Assembly (NCBI GenBank): GCA_951406725.2
Contig: OX597838.1
Location: forward strand, 20,150,001 to 20,214,000
Length of the DNA stretch: 64,000 nucleotides
DNA from: Octopus vulgaris
Taxonomy: Eukaryota
Reading direction: 5' to 3'
A program made the position numbers and the translations under genes. Positions within the stretch are counted from its first letter, which is position 1, and each line of letters begins with the position of its first letter. Positions 1 through 14,300 of this stretch are shown here, in pieces. The notes beneath the pieces were generated by a model. The model was not told where the DNA came from. It ran no database searches and was given only the letters and a program-made list of their open reading frames with translations.

Positions 1-486
1 CTACACGATTTCGATTAGGTCCATTATTAGTGTTAGTAATTAAAGCATTATTATTTCTATTACTATAAAAAATATCTAATTTAAATTAGATATTTTTTGT
101 AGTAATAGAAATAATAATACTTATTAACACTATTCTATCATTTCCCTTTGCCAAACTGTTAAGTTTCACAATTTTGTAAATAATAATAATGGTATTTTTT
201 ATAAGCTTAAAGCAATCACTCTGCAAATGGCTATATATATATTTATATATACATACACACAAACTTGAGGAATGACCACTAAAGTGGACACCTAATATGC
301 ATACAGAAAAGACATATATATATATGATGATGATGATATATATATATATATATAAAAATAATATATATTGATGTGTCACTGTTTGTCCCCCCACCACCAC
401 TTGACAACCAGTGTTGGTGCGTTTATGTTCTTGTAACTTAGCAGTTTGGCAAAAGAGACTGATAGAATAAGTACCAGATAAAAGAT

Positions 487-815
487 ATATATATATATAT
501 ATATTACCCATGCCAGTGGCATGTAAAAAGCACCATCAGAACGTGGCTGATGCCAGCGCCACCTGACTGGCATCCGTGTCGGTGACATGTAAAAAGCACC
601 AACTGATCGTGGCTGTTTGGCAGCCTCTTCTGGCCCCTGTGCCAGTGACACGTAAAAAGCACCCACTACACTCACGGAGTGGTTGGTGTTAGGAAGGGTA
701 TCCAGCTGTAGAAACACTGCCAGATCAGACTGGAGTCTCCTGGCTTCCCAGACCCTGGTCGAACCATCTAACCCATGCTAGCATGGAAAACGGACGTTAA
801 ACAATGATGATGATA
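487..815 (+). mobile_element. RTE-tail non-autonomous repeat with (GAT)n tail
   Basis: Recurrent motif gtggttggYgttaggaagggcatccagctgtagaaac...aacccatgctagcatggaaaacggacgttaaac-(gat)n. More than 10 other copies occur in the window. Boundaries approximate. Confidence 0.75.
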
Positions 816-1647
816 TATAGTATACATATCTACAATTATAATTTTAAATAATGCATTTACTATGGACTTTTTTTGAGAAAAATGTGACGTGTGGTATGCC
901 ACCAATTTTTATCTGTGTATCAAATTTGATATAATTGTAATTTATCCACACTGGAAGATATTTGTTGAAATTTTCATTTAAAAATACCCGTTTTTCTGAA
1001 GGTTATGAGGAAACAAATCTGACCTGTGTGAGTTTTCTGAATCTCCTGACCCGGAAATTTTTGTCACCACAAATTCATATAAAATCAGAATCTAGACTAT
1101 TTGAAACATATTTGTAGAAAATTTCATTAAAAAATGTCCATTTTTCTGGAAGTTATGAGGAAACAAAATCAGTGGGGCATGCAGTTGTGAGACTAAGATC
1201 CCTTTCGACTGAGTGGGGCAAAGGTAGAGAGGGAGGTGGCTCTATGCTAGGATATCAGGAGTTCAGGTATGAAAGAAAGGGCCAGAACAGAACAGGTTTC
1301 TTGCTGTAGAGGAGCTACGTGGCTACTCATATAGAAGAGTAGCTGGGAGCAACTGAGGTCGAGGTGGAAAGAGATAAAAACAGTGTTGGTGGAAGTCAGT
1401 GGGGACCCTCAAGGTACAGGGGTCAGAAGAACAGGGTATGTAACTGGATAGAAGTTGGAGAGTGAAGAGTAGTTAGAGCTAGGGAATAGTTGAGGGGTTA
1501 AATATAATGAATGAGAAGCAAAGCTTGTGGGATGGTTGATGATAAATATACATTGGAGGCAAGATAAGAGTACTGGTGACTGTTGAGATTGGGTAGCATA
1601 TAAATATTGTATATGCAATATATTATAAATATGTTATACATGTAATA

Positions 1648-1854
1648 TAGTAATCCCGTGCCATGTCGCGGTTCACCTATCGTTGTTTATTATTTAAGCT
1701 AACATCGATTTCTGCGTGCTGTTGTTTTGCATTTATGATAAAATAAATATATACAAATTATAAAAAGAATTTTAAAATATATACAGTACAGTACTGTTTC
1801 TACTTCGTGAGGTGGTTTTGGAACATAACATCTGTGATAGTCAAGGGATTACTG
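1648..1854. mobile_element. Tc1/mariner (Tigger-like) MITE remnant
   Basis: Termini (t)agtaatccc ... gggattactg, flanked by TA on both sides. Confidence 0.55.
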
Positions 1855-1863
1855 TATATATTT

Positions 1864-1911
<48 letters not shown>

Positions 1912-4246
1912 CACACACATTCACTTGCTAGGAGTTACTTGTTCCGAGAATCTGAGTGAAACTATTTAGAATAATTTTCACAATATCATGTTTGTATGTG
2001 TTTATTAAAAGAGACATATGTATGTATTTATATATACATACATATATATATATATATTAATTTCTACATTTTCCTATCTTTGCTGATGTTATTTTATTAG
2101 TTTGAATCTATGTATCTCTCTCTCTTTCTCTCATGGACTACATACACAGACAGGGTAGCCCAATACAATTCCATACAAACATATTAAATGATGGTTTGAA
2201 TTCTGAGCCATATACACACTCCTGCACAAGATAATTATTACAAGATATTACAATTGTTTCAAGTTGACAACTTTTACGAAGTGCATTGTGTGAACTATGG
2301 TTGTAGATCTATGTTTTGTGATCATTAGTAAAAAGAAACCTACTGGAAGACCATATGCATTGTGTGCGTGTGTATCTTTTAGACTTTCTGTGACTCTAAA
2401 AATACTGGAATATTTAGTTACAGCCTTTGATGTTTTAATTTCAAAGCTTTACCTTTCACCCTCCCTGTTGACACAAAGTACAGGTCAAGTGCTGAGACCA
2501 ATAAGGCATTCTACTGCCTTGATTCCTTTTGATACCAGCCTGTTTGAAATCATCTTTGATTCCATGATACAAACTTTTGTTTTAAAATTATCTAAATTAA
2601 AATCTTGTATTGAAATTCCTTGTTAATTTATGTTCTAAATACCAAAGTTATAATGGCTTGTTATTTTATTAAATTCTTCATTATTTTCAAAATCAATTGA
2701 AACAGAGTCGGTGCTTTTCAACAGAAATATTGTGACAAAGGGATTTAAAGAAAAATAATGTACTAGATACATAGTCTGAATAAGATGGGTTGATCACAGC
2801 AGGAATGCTTTTGATCATAGGTGTATACTGTTTGAGCTGACCTTGGACTAACCAGATCAGCACAAATGTTTTATAAAGTGGTTGTACTCTTGGTGAAGGC
2901 ATCTCTATCAGAAGTTTTTGGTACATGAGATGTTTAAGCAACCCATCTGTAAAAATTGTCTTCTTGAACTGCCCTATGAACCCAGGTGTTCTAGCCATGT
3001 CTGACTATCCCTTAGTTTTGTGATATCCAGAACTGCATTGTCCAATGTCGTTTGATGTAATTTAGTCCCAGGTTTTCCCTGACTGTACAGACCTCTTATC
3101 AAAGGTGTTCTTGTTATCACTCCACATCTTGTTTTTAAGATTTGTGATTTAAAAAACTGATTTGAGGAAGTTTTGTCTTCCCACTACCTTTAGCAGGTTG
3201 TGTAGGCATGTAGGAATGGATAGCTGCTCCCTTGTTTTTTTCGATAGCTTATTAATGTGACAGAAAATTCAGTAACATAGCCATATCAGTGAACTAAAAA
3301 CAATTACTGTTGTATATCAAGCATAATAGACTTTCACATCATGTCAACATACATAAATAATGAATGAATTAGAGCTGTGGAGATACTAAAGTTGTTATTT
3401 ATGTCAGTGCTACTTAAACAGATTCATGATCAAAGGTGTTTCAACCGTTTCAATCTTTTTCTATTCTAGACATTGTATAATGTATATTAAACTACATTAT
3501 CCAGTGTCTTTTTATTTATCACATTTTAAGACGGCAGTTGTGATGTTCAAGAGAGATTCGGTTCCCCTGTTTCTTGTATATTGAATCATTGCGGCCTTCT
3601 ATCTAGTTATGTATTTGAGTATACACATGCATGCATGTCTCCTGCATTATAAAAACATTGCTTTCCTAAAATCTTAAAACTTATTTTTCATGGAAATCAG
3701 TGCTATGGTGAAATTTCAGGAAAACTTGAGGGATGCATGTAAATATAGTGGATACACACATATTTTATCAGTGTCCTTTTTTAAAAAAAAAAAAGATTGA
3801 AGGGGTTTTATTTAAATAAGATTTGGCTGCTACTTCTAATAGTTTGAGTGACCAGGTAGTAGAAGTTCCCTTGTTTAAAGGATAAGCAACTTTAAAAAAC
3901 TTTCGTTGCCTTCAACATTTTAGTATTTGACCTCTGTCTCAAGGTACCCATGTTACTATCGTCACACCACAAAATTGTTCTATTTAGATGTTTACAATAT
4001 TTAATTGGAGCTCATTCCTTCCGTAGCTACTTTATTAGTAACTTAATATCCATTTCCCTTTGCTAATGACACTTCTCTAATTTTTTTCTTGCTGTAACCC
4101 ATTTACAAAACTGTGTCTGATATTTTTTTTTCTCAAGGTTTGATTTTCCATTTTTTTTCTTTCCATTCTAAAATTCAAAATTACCATATTTGTTATATTA
4201 ATATTTTACAGACATCTATGTTGTTGCTTATCTTTGAGTACTTACA

Positions 4247-4480
4247 TGCTGGTGGCACGTTAAAAGCACCATTCAAGTGTGGTTGATGCCAGTACCACCT
4301 GACTAGCCCTTGTGCCGGTGGCATGTAAAAACCATCCACTACACTCTGGATTGGTTGGCGTTAGGAAGGGCATCCAGCTGTAAAAACCTTGCCAGATCAG
4401 ATTGGAACCTGGTACAGCCTTCTGGCTTGCCAGTCCTCAGTCAAACTGTTCAACCCATGCCAGCAATGGTGATGATGATA
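4247..4480 (+). mobile_element. RTE-tail repeat copy
   Basis: Same family as 487-815. Confidence 0.7.
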
Positions 4481-5143
4481 CACAATCACAGAATAATGCT
4501 TATTCTGAACAAATGTTTAGAAAAAACCTTTGAAATGCTTAATTTAATATGGGATCTACTTTCAAGATGTAGAAGATCTGGAAAAGGGACAATTTTGTTT
4601 TTTATATTTATAATTGAATAAGATCTGAATTGTAAGAAAGTTTACATTTGAAATTGTTTTTATATTTTTATTATAAGTTGCTGGCTTTGTTCAGTTTTGT
4701 TGTTCATACTGTCTCTTCCTGGTCTAGTCACACTGGTTAGCCATATGTAGGACATCCAGTTGTGAAAATATACAATAAAATCTATTACGCATTGTTAATA
4801 ATGCAAAATATTGCCTTGCCTTCTACATTAAGAGGATTGCTGTGGCAGGTGTAGGGTCAGTACAAGTATCGTTGTCCTCTCTTGACAACCATCAAACAAT
4901 TCCACCATCATTTTTTTTTTCTTTAGCTTTATTACATATATTTAATAATGTAGTAGCAGGAGATGCATTAAAATATCAGCTGGTTAGATGAACAATAGTC
5001 ATTTGACCTGCTAGAAATAGCTTTGAAATCAAAGTGGAAGAAGAAGTCCTGCTTGATCAGGGTTGAACTGCAGCCAAATAGTTTCAGATGATGAACTAAG
5101 AAGGGAGCCTGTACTTGTCTAGACTCTGCTAGAACCCCTTAAA

Positions 5144-5775
5144 TCAGTAGTTCTCAACAACCATTTTTTGCCTGTGAACCCCTTTGATTCCTTTTTTACT
5201 CAGGTGGGCCCTCATAACCATTCTTTATTTAAAAAAGTCTTTCTCTTTTTATAATTATTAGCAGTATCGCCCGGCGTTGCTCAGGTTTGTTTCGACCCTT
5301 TAGAATTGGAATTTTTGAAAAGTAAAAAGTTTGCATTATGTAGCTTGTTATTCTCTTTAAGTGAACATTTTTCTGGTTGAAATACACCGAAAAATGGCGA
5401 CATGGCAGTAAAAAAATCGTAAAAAATAGGGATTTTCATAGAAAAAAAAGTACCTTTTTGATGTAAATAATTTTTGGTCTTAACATGGTCCGATTTGAAT
5501 TTTGTCTTCTACAGAATGAAGAGCAAGCCTTCTATCATGCTCTCAATTTTGGTCAGCTTGCGCCACAGGGTCTCGAAGGAGATAGTGTTAGTTGAAGGCT
5601 ACCAAACCTGCCATACACAGACAACTACAGCTTTATATATATAGAGAGATTATTAGGAATTGTTAAAATAATTTATGTATTATAGAAATATATATAAATT
5701 TATTGCACATAAACTTTAACCACAAAACCTTTTATGAACCCCCAAGGGTCATATGAACCCTGGTTGAGAACTATT
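5144..5775. mobile_element. hAT-like MITE interrupted by a Helitron
   Basis: Termini cagtagttctcaac ... gttgagaactattg. A related uninterrupted copy lies in the opposite orientation at ~35636-35864. Confidence 0.65.
5258..5649 (-). mobile_element. Non-autonomous Helitron
   Basis: On the minus strand it begins TCTCTCTATATATATATAAAG and ends in a CCTGAGCAACGCCGGG hairpin plus ...GCTAA (CTRR). It sits between A and T with no TSD. Confidence 0.65.
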
Positions 5776-6345
5776 GCCTTAAATTGTCCTATTGTTTTGA
5801 AAGGATTTGAAAAGACTGGAAAATCATGACTGGAATACCATTGATTAAAGATTATTTGCTCACTCTACAGGTTTCAATGGAGTTATAGTCTTTTTTTTTT
5901 ATTAAATGTTTCCCAAGCTGATCTTTTTATTTGTTACAAGTAACCTACTGAAATCTTATGTAAAAGTGCATAGACTTTTTTTTATGCATCTCTGATAAAT
6001 TGTTGGAGTTATTTTAACATCCAATCAGTTTTATTTCAAGTCCTAAATATTTATTTAAATACTTATAAACTGTAATTTGCAAGTGTTAAAATTATAGTGC
6101 ATGCATATTATCCTTAACACTTGCTTCTGCTAGCTAACCTCCTTATCTTGTATAGTCTTATATACACTCCTTTCTTCTCATGGGTGTAGTTAACTAAATT
6201 ATTCAACAAAGCAGCTTTACTCTTACTTAAGCACTGAATTAAGTTGAATCTTTGACTTTTTTCTGTGTATATCAGAAATATCTATTGTAAATTTAATGCT
6301 GAAAGCAGTTTTTTTTTTATACCAATCTATCTTTTGTTGAAGAAT

Positions 6346-6585
6346 ATCATCATCATCATTGTTTAACACCTGCTTTCCATGCTAGCATGGATTGGACGGT
6401 TCGACTGGGTCTGGGAAGCCAGGAGGCTGCACCAGGCCCAGTCTGATCTGGTAGTGTTTCTACAGCTGGATGCCCTTCCTAACGCCAACCACTCCGTGAG
6501 TGTAGTGGGTGCTTTTTACGTGCCACCGGCGCAGGTGCCAGGCGAGGCTGGCAACGGCCACGATTGGTTGGTGCTTTAACGTGCC
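6346..6585 (-). mobile_element. RTE-tail repeat copy
   Basis: (cat)n followed by the reverse complement of the 487-815 family. Confidence 0.75.
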
Positions 6586-7434
6586 CTGTTGCAATTGTGA
6601 AGTTTATTGAGGAAATGTGACTTGCAGAAAATACCAATTCAAATTTTTGGTTGATGTTTAACATTATTACTGGAATAACTATGAAATTTTGCAGTGAAAG
6701 GGTTAGATATAATTACCGACCTTGGTAACTTGTTAAATTCATATTTACTGAGTTAAGATTTGAACTTGGTTGGGTAGAATTTCATTTATTTATTTTTACT
6801 TATGTTGACTTAGAATTTTAAATTTAAACTTTTGCTCCAATATTTCATATTCTTTCTACTACTGGTGCCATGTAAAAAGTACCCAGTACACTCTGTGGAG
6901 TGGTTGGTGTTAAGAAAGGCATCCAGCTAAAGAAACTAGGCCACTTGTCAGTCTGTCCAGCCAATGCCAACATGAAAAACGGACATTAAATATTGATAAT
7001 GATTTGTTGTTTGATTGGGGCTATGTTGGGAAACTGTCTTCAGTGGAGTTAGTCCAATGCATCAATCTCACTACTTTGGTACTTGCTTTTTTAATCTTGT
7101 AAGGAACAAAAGGCAACCTTTGGTATAAAGGACAGAACTAAATACTGTTAAGATATTTTCATTTGACTTATATATGCATCCATTGATGGGTAGACAATTT
7201 CCATTTGCAACATTTCACTTGAGAGTCTATGAATGACCTGAGGCTATGGAAAACACTTGCCCAAACTAGTGAATACTGGGACTGAATTGAGATCCAAGTA
7301 GTGAAATAGGTTTTTAGCTACAAGACCATATATACTGTATGAGAATAGTTGCTTCTTGTTACCATTTTAAGATTCTGTTTCTGGGGGATCCAGACTATAT
7401 GAACCAAAAGAAAATATCTATCAATAATTTAAAG

Positions 7435-7717
7435 CAGTGGTTCCCAAACTTTCTCGGGCTCCACCCACTTGACATTCCTAGTGCCCTCACCCAAACTAAC
7501 CATCACAATCATAGACTTCTTTCTGAAGCAAATTCGAAGCAACTGCCTTTCACAAATAAAAATTAACCTAATGAATTGCCACTCCATTATTGCCCCACTT
7601 TTTACATGAATCACTAACCTATTATTGCCCTACTTTTCTACAACACTCCTTGGAACTTTCCACCACCACCCCTCTGGGGGAAGGAAGAGGCAATTTTGCT
7701 CACTTTGGGAACCACTG
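7435..7717. mobile_element. hAT (Charlie/MER5-type) MITE
   Basis: 14-bp TIR CAGTGGTTCCCAAA / TTTGGGAACCACTG. 8-bp TSD atttaaag/atttacag (7/8). A partial second copy lies at ~8836-9047. Confidence 0.8.
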
Positions 7718-7964
7718 ATTTACAGTATTGGCAGGGCTCTTATTTGTCAAATACTTACAAGTCAAATCTACTGGCTGTTATCATTCTGACAGCATTTATG
7801 ATATTTGATCATTAGTACTAGATAATTACATTTTGAAGTGTCTGAAGTATATACACTCCCCTGCAATGCTATTGATATTCCATCTAATACTGAATGAGCT
7901 TTTAATGAGACTTTTCATCTAGCAGGGGTCTTGTTTGAGGTGACTTGATGTTTTTTTTTTTTAT

Positions 7965-8555
7965 ACCACTGTGATAAGAAGCTTGCTTCCCAACCACATG
8001 GGTTTAGGTTCAGCCCTACTGTATGGCACCTTGAGCAAGTATCTTCTACTATAGCTCCCCACCAAGGCTTTGTGAGTGTATTTGATAGATGGAAACCAAA
8101 AGAAGCCTGTCGTATATACAGGGTTGGCCTAAAGTCACCCAACAGTAAATCAAAATTCAAGGTGTGGCTGTGTGGTAAGATGCTTACTTCACAATCACAT
8201 TGGTTCTGGGTTCAGTCCCATTGCATGGCACCCTGGATAAGTGTCTTCTACTATAGCCTTGGGCTGACCAAAACCTTGTGAGTGGATGGTGGATGGAAAC
8301 TGGAAGAAGCCCATCATATATACCTATGTATATATCAGTGTGTGTGTTTCTGTGCTCCTATTTGTCTCCCACCACTACTAGGCAATTGGTGTTGGTGTAT
8401 TTACGTCCCTGTGACATAGCAGTTAAGCAAAAGAGACCTATAGAATAAGTACTAGGCTTAAAAAAAAAATGTCTAGTGGTCGATTTGTTCAATAAAACAC
8501 TTCAAGGCTGTGCCCTAGCATGGCCAGAGTCAAAATGCCTGAAACAAGTAAAAGC
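7965..8555 (+). mobile_element. tRNA-derived SINE family A (truncated copy plus full copy) around a Tc1 TIR fragment
   Basis: gtggctgtgtggtaag...ggttcagtccca...gggcaagtgtcttctactatagc body. The fragment at 8119-8158 matches the TIR of the MITE at 37509. Confidence 0.7.
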
Positions 8556-9083
8556 TTAAAGATAATGAAGAAAGGATAGGAGATGTTAGCAAAGTTTGTG
8601 TTTGGACAAGTTTTGGAAAAGCTCATCTACATGGTATATATATATATACATACATTGCTGTTCGGAAAAAGTCCTGAGAGTGGGAATGGAAATAGAAATT
8701 GCCAGAATGAATGCATACAGTTCTTGAGAACAAAGCAAGCTTTGCACTGTTTCAGCAGCAAAACCTCTCAATATTTGTTCAATCACTAGAATCTGTTCAG
8801 ACGAACACATGCATTACAGGGAGAGAGCAAAAATGCCACCCCACCCCAACTAACCATCACAAATATAGACTTCTTTCTGAAGCAAATTCAAAGCAACTGT
8901 ATTTCATAAATAAAACATAACCTTATGAACGCATCATTTTGTTGTTTTTACATAAATCGCTATCCTATTATCGCCCCACTTCAACACCTCCTTGGAATTT
9001 TCCACCGACCCCCAAGGGGGCAATACTGCCCACTTTGGGAACCACTGGTTTAAAACAATGTGAATAAATAAGCATTACTTTAA

Positions 9084-9302
9084 CCCTTTAGTATTTAAAC
9101 CGGCCATATCTGGCCAAAATAGCTAATCTGTTTTATGTTCAAACTGACCAGATCCAGGCCCTCACACCTACCCTACAATGTTATTCTACATGAAGTAATT
9201 GCACCATCAAGATCTTGAAGATATGAGACAATGCATGATTAATTCAAATCAATGTGAATCAATAAGCGTTATGTTTGATAGAATAATCTGAACACTAAAG
9301 GG
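9084..9302. mobile_element. piggyBac-type MITE
   Basis: TTAA|CCCTTTAGT ... ACTAAAGGG|TTAA. Decayed relatives lie at ~20342-20520, ~31715-31875 and ~59836-59975. Confidence 0.8.
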
Positions 9303-9872
9303 TTAAACAGAGTAATCAGAATGCTACAGGGCTATAGTGTGCTGTGCATAAAAAAAGGTTGGGGAAATCTGTGGTGGAGCTGGTTGCTTCAAAGTACAAC
9401 AAAGACCTCTGCCAAATCTTCAGAATTTTTGAAACTTGTGCCAACTTTACTTCTATTTCTATTTTGGATTTGCACTGTTAAGTCTGTTAGGATCCTTATT
9501 CACCTTTAACAAGACGTTGCTTAGTTCTGGGTTAGCAATGATTGAGTAGATTGCATGGTCAATCAGAAACATAGCTGTGACTATCACAGACATTTGTATG
9601 TAATGTGAGAGTTGAGGGAAAATGGGTTGCTGTTTCTACCAGTCTGAGCTATTTGTGTACAATCTCCCCATTTGCTGTGACGATAGACTCTCCTTCCCAT
9701 CTTTGCTTGGCAAGTAGTCTTCCCTCCCCCACTTGGGCGGTTGGGTTCTTCCCTTTCTGGTTCAATCTGTGTTTCTCCCCTTGGGTATAATACATTTAGT
9801 TTGCTGAATACTAAACGTGCTTTTGTTTTTAGGTCTTGTAATGTTTTCTTATCTTTTTGGGTTTTGCTGTAG

Positions 9873-10007
9873 ATTGGAATGCTGAGAGGCGGAAACAGAA
9901 GAAACGTAGTCGTTGGGGTAATGAAGAAACAGATAAAACCATCATTCCTGGAATGCCAACTGTTATTCCTGCTAACCTTTCTGGTGATCAGGAGAAACAA
10001 TATTTAG
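9873..10007 (+). CDS. SF1: SF1 exon: U2AF-ligand motif ([44 protein letters not shown])
   Basis: Acceptor tgctgtag at 9872, donor G|gtaggt at 10008, phase 1/1. Confidence 0.95.
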   Translation: MGMLRGGNRRNVVVGVMKKQIKPSFLECQLLFLLTFLVIRRNNI

Positions 10008-10130
10008 GTAGGTTTGCTTGGAAAAACTTTTTGAACTTTGGTAGAAAACAGTAATAAGGAAAATCCAGATTGTGTGTTTGTATATAAGTGTAGATGTATG
10101 CATTTGGGCATGTGTTGATGTATTTATATT

Positions 10131-10192
<62 letters not shown>

Positions 10193-11276
10193 CACACACA
10201 TACATGGCTGTGTGTATGGGCATATATATGTATATATAAACATTTGCATGTGTATGTATGAGCATCTGTTTGTGTGTAATTGTGTGTGTGTGTATATATA
10301 TATATGTATGTATGTATGCACATACACATATACACAAATGTCTAATATACTTTTATAAATGTGTATATAATGCATATATATGAGGGTACATAAATACATG
10401 TTAGTGAGTGTGTATAATAAAGATTTATGCAAGTGTATATATTGTGTATTCAAACGTGAGTAAAATATAGATTTATGTGTGTATATATGTATGCAATAAT
10501 TCTCATACATAAATTTCTTTATATTTAATGGAGCTATATTTTTTAGTTAGTTGGAATAAATATTGAGGTACTGGTAAGTTTGTCTGTCATATGGTGTTGT
10601 AGTTGCTTCCCTTTCAGAGTCTTGTAAGTATATATATATATATATATGTGTGTGTAAATATATATATGTATGTATATATATATGTGTATATATATTTATA
10701 TATATATCTATATATATATATATATATATATGTGTATATATGTATATGTATGTATATACATGCACTGTACATTGTTATTTACAATTTCATTTCTAATGCT
10801 ACTATTTTGAATGGTGTATATTGTGTTAATTTATCCTTGCAAAAAGACAAAACAAAAATGGAGGGTTAAACCAAAATGCTGTTTTCAGATGTCTTTTTTT
10901 TATAATTATTATTATTATTATTATTATTATTTTCTTAAGTTAATAATTTATAAAATGTTTTTTAAATCGTTTTGTTTTTTAACAATCTAGCAATATTTTT
11001 AGTCCTGCTCAAATCGACTTTATTCAAGTTAATAATATTAAAACTTGTGTTAAAGACTATACGAATATAATTAATTTTCAGGTGATTTTCTTAACAGTAA
11101 ATTTTAAAATCAGATTTTTCAGCCTTATTCCTTAAGGTAAGATGTAATTGGTGTTGTTTGCAGAGGACTGAAGCTGTTTGCTAGGACTAGGTGATCAATA
11201 TAGCTTAAATTGTTATTCAGGCCAGTTTGAGGTCCAACCGAGGCTAGCTCTAGTTTTTCTTTTATTTAATATACAT

Positions 11277-11323
<47 letters not shown>

Positions 11324-14300
11324 GTTTGTTAGATTTTAGAAAAGTAAAATATTTAAAAATCTAAACACACATAGAATATCTGTAAACATTAAGATGCTTG
11401 ATTATGGTAAATAGTAATAAATGTGTAGAGGTAGGGCATTTTATGCAATTAACTTATTTATTTGCATCAACCACTCCTTGGTGAAGCTAGAATTCAAGCT
11501 ATTTTTTAAGTGTTTTGAAACCGTATTATTCATTATACATCTTTGATATAGTGTTTAAAGTAATGGATTTAGTAAACATTGAACATTTTAATTTTCATTC
11601 TAAACTTCAGGATGTGTATATAAAGTAAGCATTAAGAAGTCTTTTGCTGAGACCTAAACTAGTCTGATCAGTTTTTCAAATGGTCTTAGATCACAAGGGA
11701 GTTGAAAAATACTCAACAACCCAGTTGTTATTAGGGGTACGGTTTTTTGAAACTTTATGAAAGCTATTAAGAAAAGTAGATATAAACAGTGACAGATGTA
11801 CAAGTTTTGTCATAAGATATTTTCTTTCTGTAGCTTGATACAACTTCAAACTGCAGTTTTCAAAATTAAATACAAGAGCTGCTCACATACAATATGTTCT
11901 TTTTCGATTTCAGTTGGGGACTATGGTCAGTGTGGAGCATTTTCTTAAGGGTTTTAGTTGATTATATTCACCATCTTTCTATATTTTATCTAATTGTTAA
12001 GTTTGATCTATAACACATTAACCAGTTTTTAGTCACACACATCTATATACACATATATACGCCTCCACCCCGTATGGTGGGCTTCTACACAGTTTTTGTC
12101 TACCAAATTCCATTTTCCCAGTTTTGGTGAGTCAATCTACTCTAGAACTAATTTGTCCAAGATGCCATAAACTAGCTTCAAACTTAGGTTGTGAAGTGAA
12201 TGTCAAAGGATGTACAATGATTTGTGTGTGTGTGTGGAGGCGCATGGCCTAGTGGTTAAGGTGTTGTACTGATGATTGCAAGGTTTTGCTTTCAATTCCC
12301 AGACCGGTGCTGTGTTGTGTTTTTGAGCAAAACACTTCATTTCATGTTGCTCCAGTCCACTCAGATACAAATAGGCAATCCTACAACAGATTGTTGTTTT
12401 GAGAGGGAATGTTAACCTGCCCATTTAGCTAGCTGGGTAGCATCATTCGAAAGCTACAAGAATGCGAGGAAGTGGATTGTAACTTCCAATAGTTCTGGTC
12501 AATACAGGGATGTGCATTATATCTGAAACAAGAATCTTACAGAAACTTGTCAATGAGAAATAAAATGAAGTTGCTTGGTTTATACTTTAAAAAGCAATCC
12601 TTTTAGACTCCATTTATGTAGCTTTGGCTATTGTTAATTTTACAGGAAATTTATAGGCTTCATAAACTTAATGTTTGTTTTGATTGCCAGTTCCTGTCAA
12701 GCCGTTCAACCCATGCCAGCATGGAAAGCGGACGTTAAATGATGATGATGATTCCACTTTAGAAACCAAGCTCCTTTCAAACTGTCCAATAAATGACACC
12801 TTTGAAAGAGGATGTTGAGTGATGACCATAGAATGAATTAACGATGATGATGATTAAAACAGTCGAAGTAGTGTAAATAAGTATTATGAAGATACAATAG
12901 CTAATAATCTGGGAAATAAATCTAATTACTCTCAAACATTTAGGCATTTTATATGGTATCTTTATGAACTGTCTTGTATCTTTTACTTGTTTCAGTCATT
13001 AGACTATGGCCATGCTGGGGCACTGCCTTGAAGAATATTTAGTTGAATGAATTGGCCTCATTACTTATTTTCTTTTTTTATCCTGGTTCTTATTCTGTTG
13101 GTCTCTTTTGCTGAATTGCTAACTTACAGGGATGTAACCACACCGATAAATTATGAGGGAGGGAACAGACACACATACGTAATGGGCTTCTTTTAGTTTC
13201 CACCTACCAAATCCACTCGCAAGGCTTTGGTAGGCCCGAGGCTATAGTAAAAGACACTTAACCAAGGTGCCACACAGTAGGATTGAACCCAGAACCATGT
13301 GGTTGGGAAGCAAGCTTCATACCACACAGCCATGCCTGTGCCTATGAACTAATGAAAAGTTCTTCCAGAATCATGTAACGCAGGCCCAGTAAGTCCAGTA
13401 CTCACTCAGGTCATCATTTTCCAGTTTTGGTTATAATTACCAGTAGCTATTTATATTTTAGTTGATCACTTCCCTTCTAATTACGCATGCATTAATATAA
13501 TGATTAGTACAACTCTTATGAGCGTAGTGTCTGTCAACCCAGGAAGACATATCTCTGTTACCGTCTGTCTATATCCTGCTTACTAGATTTGTTTTTTTTC
13601 TTTAGTAGGCACTTTAGTAGCAAATAGGACAGGTTATCATGAATGGTACCAACCAGTTACTCTAACATTTCTCTGTTGCTACAAATAGTTACCTTTATCC
13701 TCTACAAATTTTTCCTCTTTCATTTCTGTCCCAGGTGAGATTTGTGTGTGTGTGTGATAATGTGGATGTTAAATGATGATGATGATATATGTGTATATGT
13801 CTTGATGTGTGTGTCTGTGTATATACACGTAAGTTAACAAACAGGAGATAGTGCTCAATAAACATAACAGTTTATTTATTTACACAAGGGTGATGATTCA
13901 CTGCAAATTATTGGGCAGATGCACCAAGTTAGAAACATAGAAAAGAAGCCAAGAAACCTCAATTTCAAACGCACACACACACACACACACACACTCATTT
14001 ATCTTCATTATTATTGTTCAAGAAAACAGTTGCTTCTTCAGCCATAACCATCATATGAAATAGGGATTCCTCCCATCTCCATTTGACTAGGTTATTTTAG
14101 GTCTAACTCCTTCAAGTCCTCCTCCACTAAGTAGACTCCCTTGCTCTAGAGTCCTATATGTTGTTGATACGGTTTATCTTTTTAGGGTGAAGGCGTATAG
14201 CTTAGTGGTTAGGGTATTTGGTTCATAGTTGTAAGATCATGAGTTCAGTTCCCAGCGACATGTTGTGTCTTTAAGCAAGACACTTTATTTCACATTGCTC

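Noticed and set aside
9972-10869. Y/I/H/T-rich ORFs of 70-126 aa (similar ones at 86-511, 17530-18536 and 47692-48120)
   Set aside because: These are translations of TA/CA microsatellites, not genes.
13990-14050. Second hammerhead-like motif on the minus strand (CTGAAGA...TGAAC)
   Set aside because: The GAAA core and stems I and III cannot be formed convincingly.
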